DNA of 64,000 bases, filler included, from Rhizaria sp. SCN 62-66 (Eukaryota), in NCBI GenBank assembly GCA_001724265.1. It is 5 parts of 5 records of this genome, joined end to end, with 100 filler letters (N's around TTAATTAATTAA, not from the genome) between each part and the next. Parts side by side here need not be neighbours in the genome. Positions count along the whole stretch, not along the records: positions 54,428 to 64,000 come from MEDY01000570.1; 4 more parts are not named here. One strand, given 5' to 3'. This document shows, in pieces, positions 60,829 to 64,000 of this stretch; the first letter of the stretch is position 1; each line of letters opens with the position of its first letter. A program made the translations under genes and the position numbers. The notes beneath the pieces were generated by a model. The model saw only the letters and a program-made list of their open reading frames with translations, was not told the DNA's origin and searched no databases.

Positions 60829-62594
60829 TCACTGCCCCTTGGCGCCCAGCTGGACCCTGCGCTGCGTGGCCGACATGCCCGCATAGATGAACCGGTCGAC
60901 CATCCCGGCCACCGTGAAGACACCGCCGATGATCGCGCACAGCTGCGTGATGAAGTGCAAGAACGGCGGCCGTGTGCGCGTAGCCTTGATGCGGATCGGC
61001 GACAGCTCGTAGAAGATAAACACACCGGGACCCGTCTTCTGCGTCGTCGCGTCCGGGCGCACCTGCAGGGCCTTGGTGTGCTCGGTCACCGAGAACTGGT
61101 TCGTCTCGATCAGCTGGCCTGAGTTATCGGTATACTCAGTCGGGATCACCTTTGCGTAGTACATGAACATCCCGCGGGTCGTCGTGCCGCTGGCAGCGTT
61201 TGTCGTTGACTGCGGGGGGTCGGTTTTGCCGACGCCGTCTAAGGGGTTCGCAATGCCGTCGTACTTACGTCCGAACGCAAGCGAGTTGATCTTGTGGTGG
61301 AAGTTAAGCCGCGAGGCGTCGATGCTTGCCGCGCTCACTGCGGCCGCGGCGTCGGCGTGACGGCCAGGAAGCAAGTAGAGGTTTCCGGCGACTTTGTTGA
61401 CGCTGATGCGGCCCGAGATGCGGCAGCCGTCGCCGCGAGCGAGCTCCGACGCGAGCGTCTTAGACCGCTCAACGATGCACTATATTAGCACAAAGCAGCG
61501 AATAAACGACGCACATTATAGATCAAATTGAGAAGAAAACAATGCAATCAAGAGTATATTATCACATGAGTTGATTCGAATTCGTATTTGGTTTCAGGTT
61601 GAATGCGTTTCGTCGAGTTCACAATCGTCAACGTACTGGTGTCCAGAGGTGCTCCTGCACCTTGCGATTACTCTTGTTCGCCCGGTCAATGAGCTCTTTG
61701 CACGTGTTGCAGCACTCGCCGGCGGTCGACTCAAGGCCGTAGCAGCTGCCGCAGGGGGACACGCCGCCGTCGCGCATCGAGTGCTCGGCGGAAGAGCCGA
61801 ACAGCACGATGTCTTGGCCAAGAGCTAGAAATGACCAATATAAAACAAGAAGACAAACAAAATGAGCGAACATGATTCAAAATTAAGGCACTCGTTGGCA
61901 ATGCAAACAGAAAAGAAAGCAAGGCATGTCGCATAAACACAATAAGTGTGAGTGATGGTTGAGTTTGACGCACCATACTCATGCCCCTGATCGAGCGGCC
62001 TCCCGCTGCGGTCAAGCGGCGTCTTCCTGAACGAGTGCGTCAGCGTCTCTTGGTTGCTGCCCGCCACGTCCATGGCCTGCAGCGAGAGCAGCTGGCAGGG
62101 CAGGCTGTGGAACGTGACGTCGACGAAGATAGGCAGCTTCTCGCCGCGACTGGTGTCGACTTGGAGGCGGTCTACGCGGTCCGGAGTGAGGTAAATCAAC
62201 AGCTCGGAGATGAAGAGGCCGAGGATGCAGACGGCGGCAATAATCGACACGGCAGCGCCGGAGAAAGTCTTGACGCGGACATCATCTGCGAGCTTGGGGT
62301 CTGTTGTCGTTCAACCGTCGGATAGCAAAACAGTCATGAGGGAGAGCAGTGAGTGCACAAGTGCAAAAGTGAGCCGTGTGAGCGCATATGATTGGGTTAC
62401 ATAGTCTTGTTCGCAATATATTAAGAATACATGTTTGGTCATACAGGTGCCATGCGATGTTGCAATTAAACACGATTGCAAAGAGATATGGCTTGTTTGG
62501 TAGAACTGAACAGAGATTCGTCGAGTTGCGTCGAGTTGGAGATCATGGGTGAGAAAGACGTACATAAATCGATGGACTTGAACCGGTTAAGCAT
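60829..62594 (-). CDS. ERGIC3: ER-Golgi intermediate compartment protein 3-like (Erv46 family), 4 exons
   Basis: Exons 62594-62564, 62300-61974, 61824-61637, 61479-60829 give MLNRFKSIDLYPK...KTFSGA, LQVDTSRGEKL, CGSCYG...CCNTC, GCRISGRISVNKVAGN, HKINSLAFG, PGVFIFYELSPI, FITQLCAIIGGVFTVAG. Ends in TGA. Confidence 0.92.
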
Positions 62595-63890
62595 GATAAG
62601 CGGTCAGCCCACAGGTATTCCTGCGGAATAAAACGGGGTGCGGTGGCGAGTCGAGACGTAAACGTGACGAGGCAGCACAGTGGCTACAGTTGTGTGTCAG
62701 TGACCCCGGGGAGGTTGGTGACCTGCGAAAAGAAATACGAGAAGGAGACGTGATAACAACGCCAAAAGAGGAATAAGGCAGCCGGCTTGAATATTCTGAG
62801 TATCATATAACGACGGCCCTGTGTTCCAGAGGAAACAACAATTGATTTGGTCGAACTGGGAGGAGTGATGATGTGGCAACCGCGTCTGGACCATTGCGGT
62901 GTGTCAGCACATGGCGATCAGGACTATCGAATCAGTCACGATACCCGCTAAGCGTGCTTCACTGTGCAATGCCTAATTGTGATCATGCTTTAACGAGGCG
63001 ACTCTCTATCATGTCTTTGTTGCAGAGCGTTTGACGTTCAGATGGATTACATATTGACAGTTCTTTGATCGGCTAGATCGACCGCCACCATCACTCGTCG
63101 CTCGACTCAGCAGCCGCTCTCATGCAGTCTCTAGAGCCTTGTTGTCTTGGCCTCTCGCTTTCGCGCTCGAGTATGCTACGATTCAATGTTTTACATGTCG
63201 TGTTCACTGTGGAAATTAGTCTAAATGCTTTTCTAGTATGATCTAATCGATTGCGGCCGTTGTCTGACCCGTTACTGCCGAGCCACTCTATTTAAGTAAG
63301 GTCTCAGATGTGTATGATAGAGCATAACAGCTTTACGACGTCTATTACTATGTTCAGCATTAATATGCTGATCAAATGATGAACATTATGTTCCTGCCGA
63401 GTGTTATACTACATGTCTGTGACCTCAAACTTGCTCGGAGCTGACCGAGGCTAATCTCGCAACGAGCTTAGAACCGGGATCAGGCGGTCTTAATAAACAG
63501 TTATACACACAATTCCGATATATGTCATGCGTTGTTATATGTAGCGTCATGAGCCAAGACTTATTTATGTTGAGGTTTAATCTATGTTCTGATTCCGCGT
63601 AAATTGCCGAGTTCAGTGACTGTGGGTGCGGCCTAACTTCCGTGAGACTGGTGGCGTCAATCAGAACATTTGCAAGAGCTCGCACACGTCATAGTATCCG
63701 CGAATGAACACCTAGAGAATGTATGAAATATTTACAGTAGTCATCTCTTTAGTGTGCTTTTAGTACCCTCCAGCTCGTCGTTTTATGCCTCGAACAAAGC
63801 CCGCGCGTTTCAGCACCTCTCACTCACTGTCCACTGGCCATCCCGTTTGTTCTTACTGTTTCTGTCCTGCCTTACAACAGACCCTAGCGC

Positions 63891-63989
63891 ATGTCTATCC
63901 TGGCTAAGATTGCGAACCGCTTCCCCGGCTTCACCCGCACCGAGGCCCGTGTCGCTAAGCCCGACATGTCCATCGAGGAGCTCCGTCGC
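63891..63989 (+). CDS. Probable exon of an unidentified gene running off the window end
   Basis: MSILAKIANRFPGFTRTEARVAKPDMSIEELRR with strong C/G third-position bias, ending exactly at a GTACGT donor (63990). Confidence 0.6.
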
Positions 63990-64000
63990 GTACGTCCCCC

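Overview
Eukaryotic nuclear DNA, probably from a protist. Exons are GC-rich and Ala-rich, intergenic DNA is AT-rich, and GT-AG introns are 114-263 nt with a dominant GTACGT donor. The window is five separate contigs joined by artificial 100-nt N/TTAATTAATTAA spacers. Genes: a GNPTAB-like Stealth GlcNAc-1-phosphotransferase, two tandem GT7 (beta-1,4-galactosyltransferase-like) paralogs, a giant TKL/Raf-like kinase, the 3' end of RPL7, a Kelch/EGF/REJ surface protein, tRNA-Gly(TCC), tRNA-Arg(CCT), an AAMP/Sqt1-like WD40 protein, a DP-family (E2F partner) transcription factor, an ERGIC3-like gene and several unknown ORFs. Main finding: six clear and one probable in-frame TAG codons interrupt five otherwise intact genes on three different contigs. 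All seven visible true gene ends use TAA or TGA. This points to a non-standard nuclear genetic code in which UAG alone is a sense codon (Gln is my tentative guess) while UAA and UGA remain stops.
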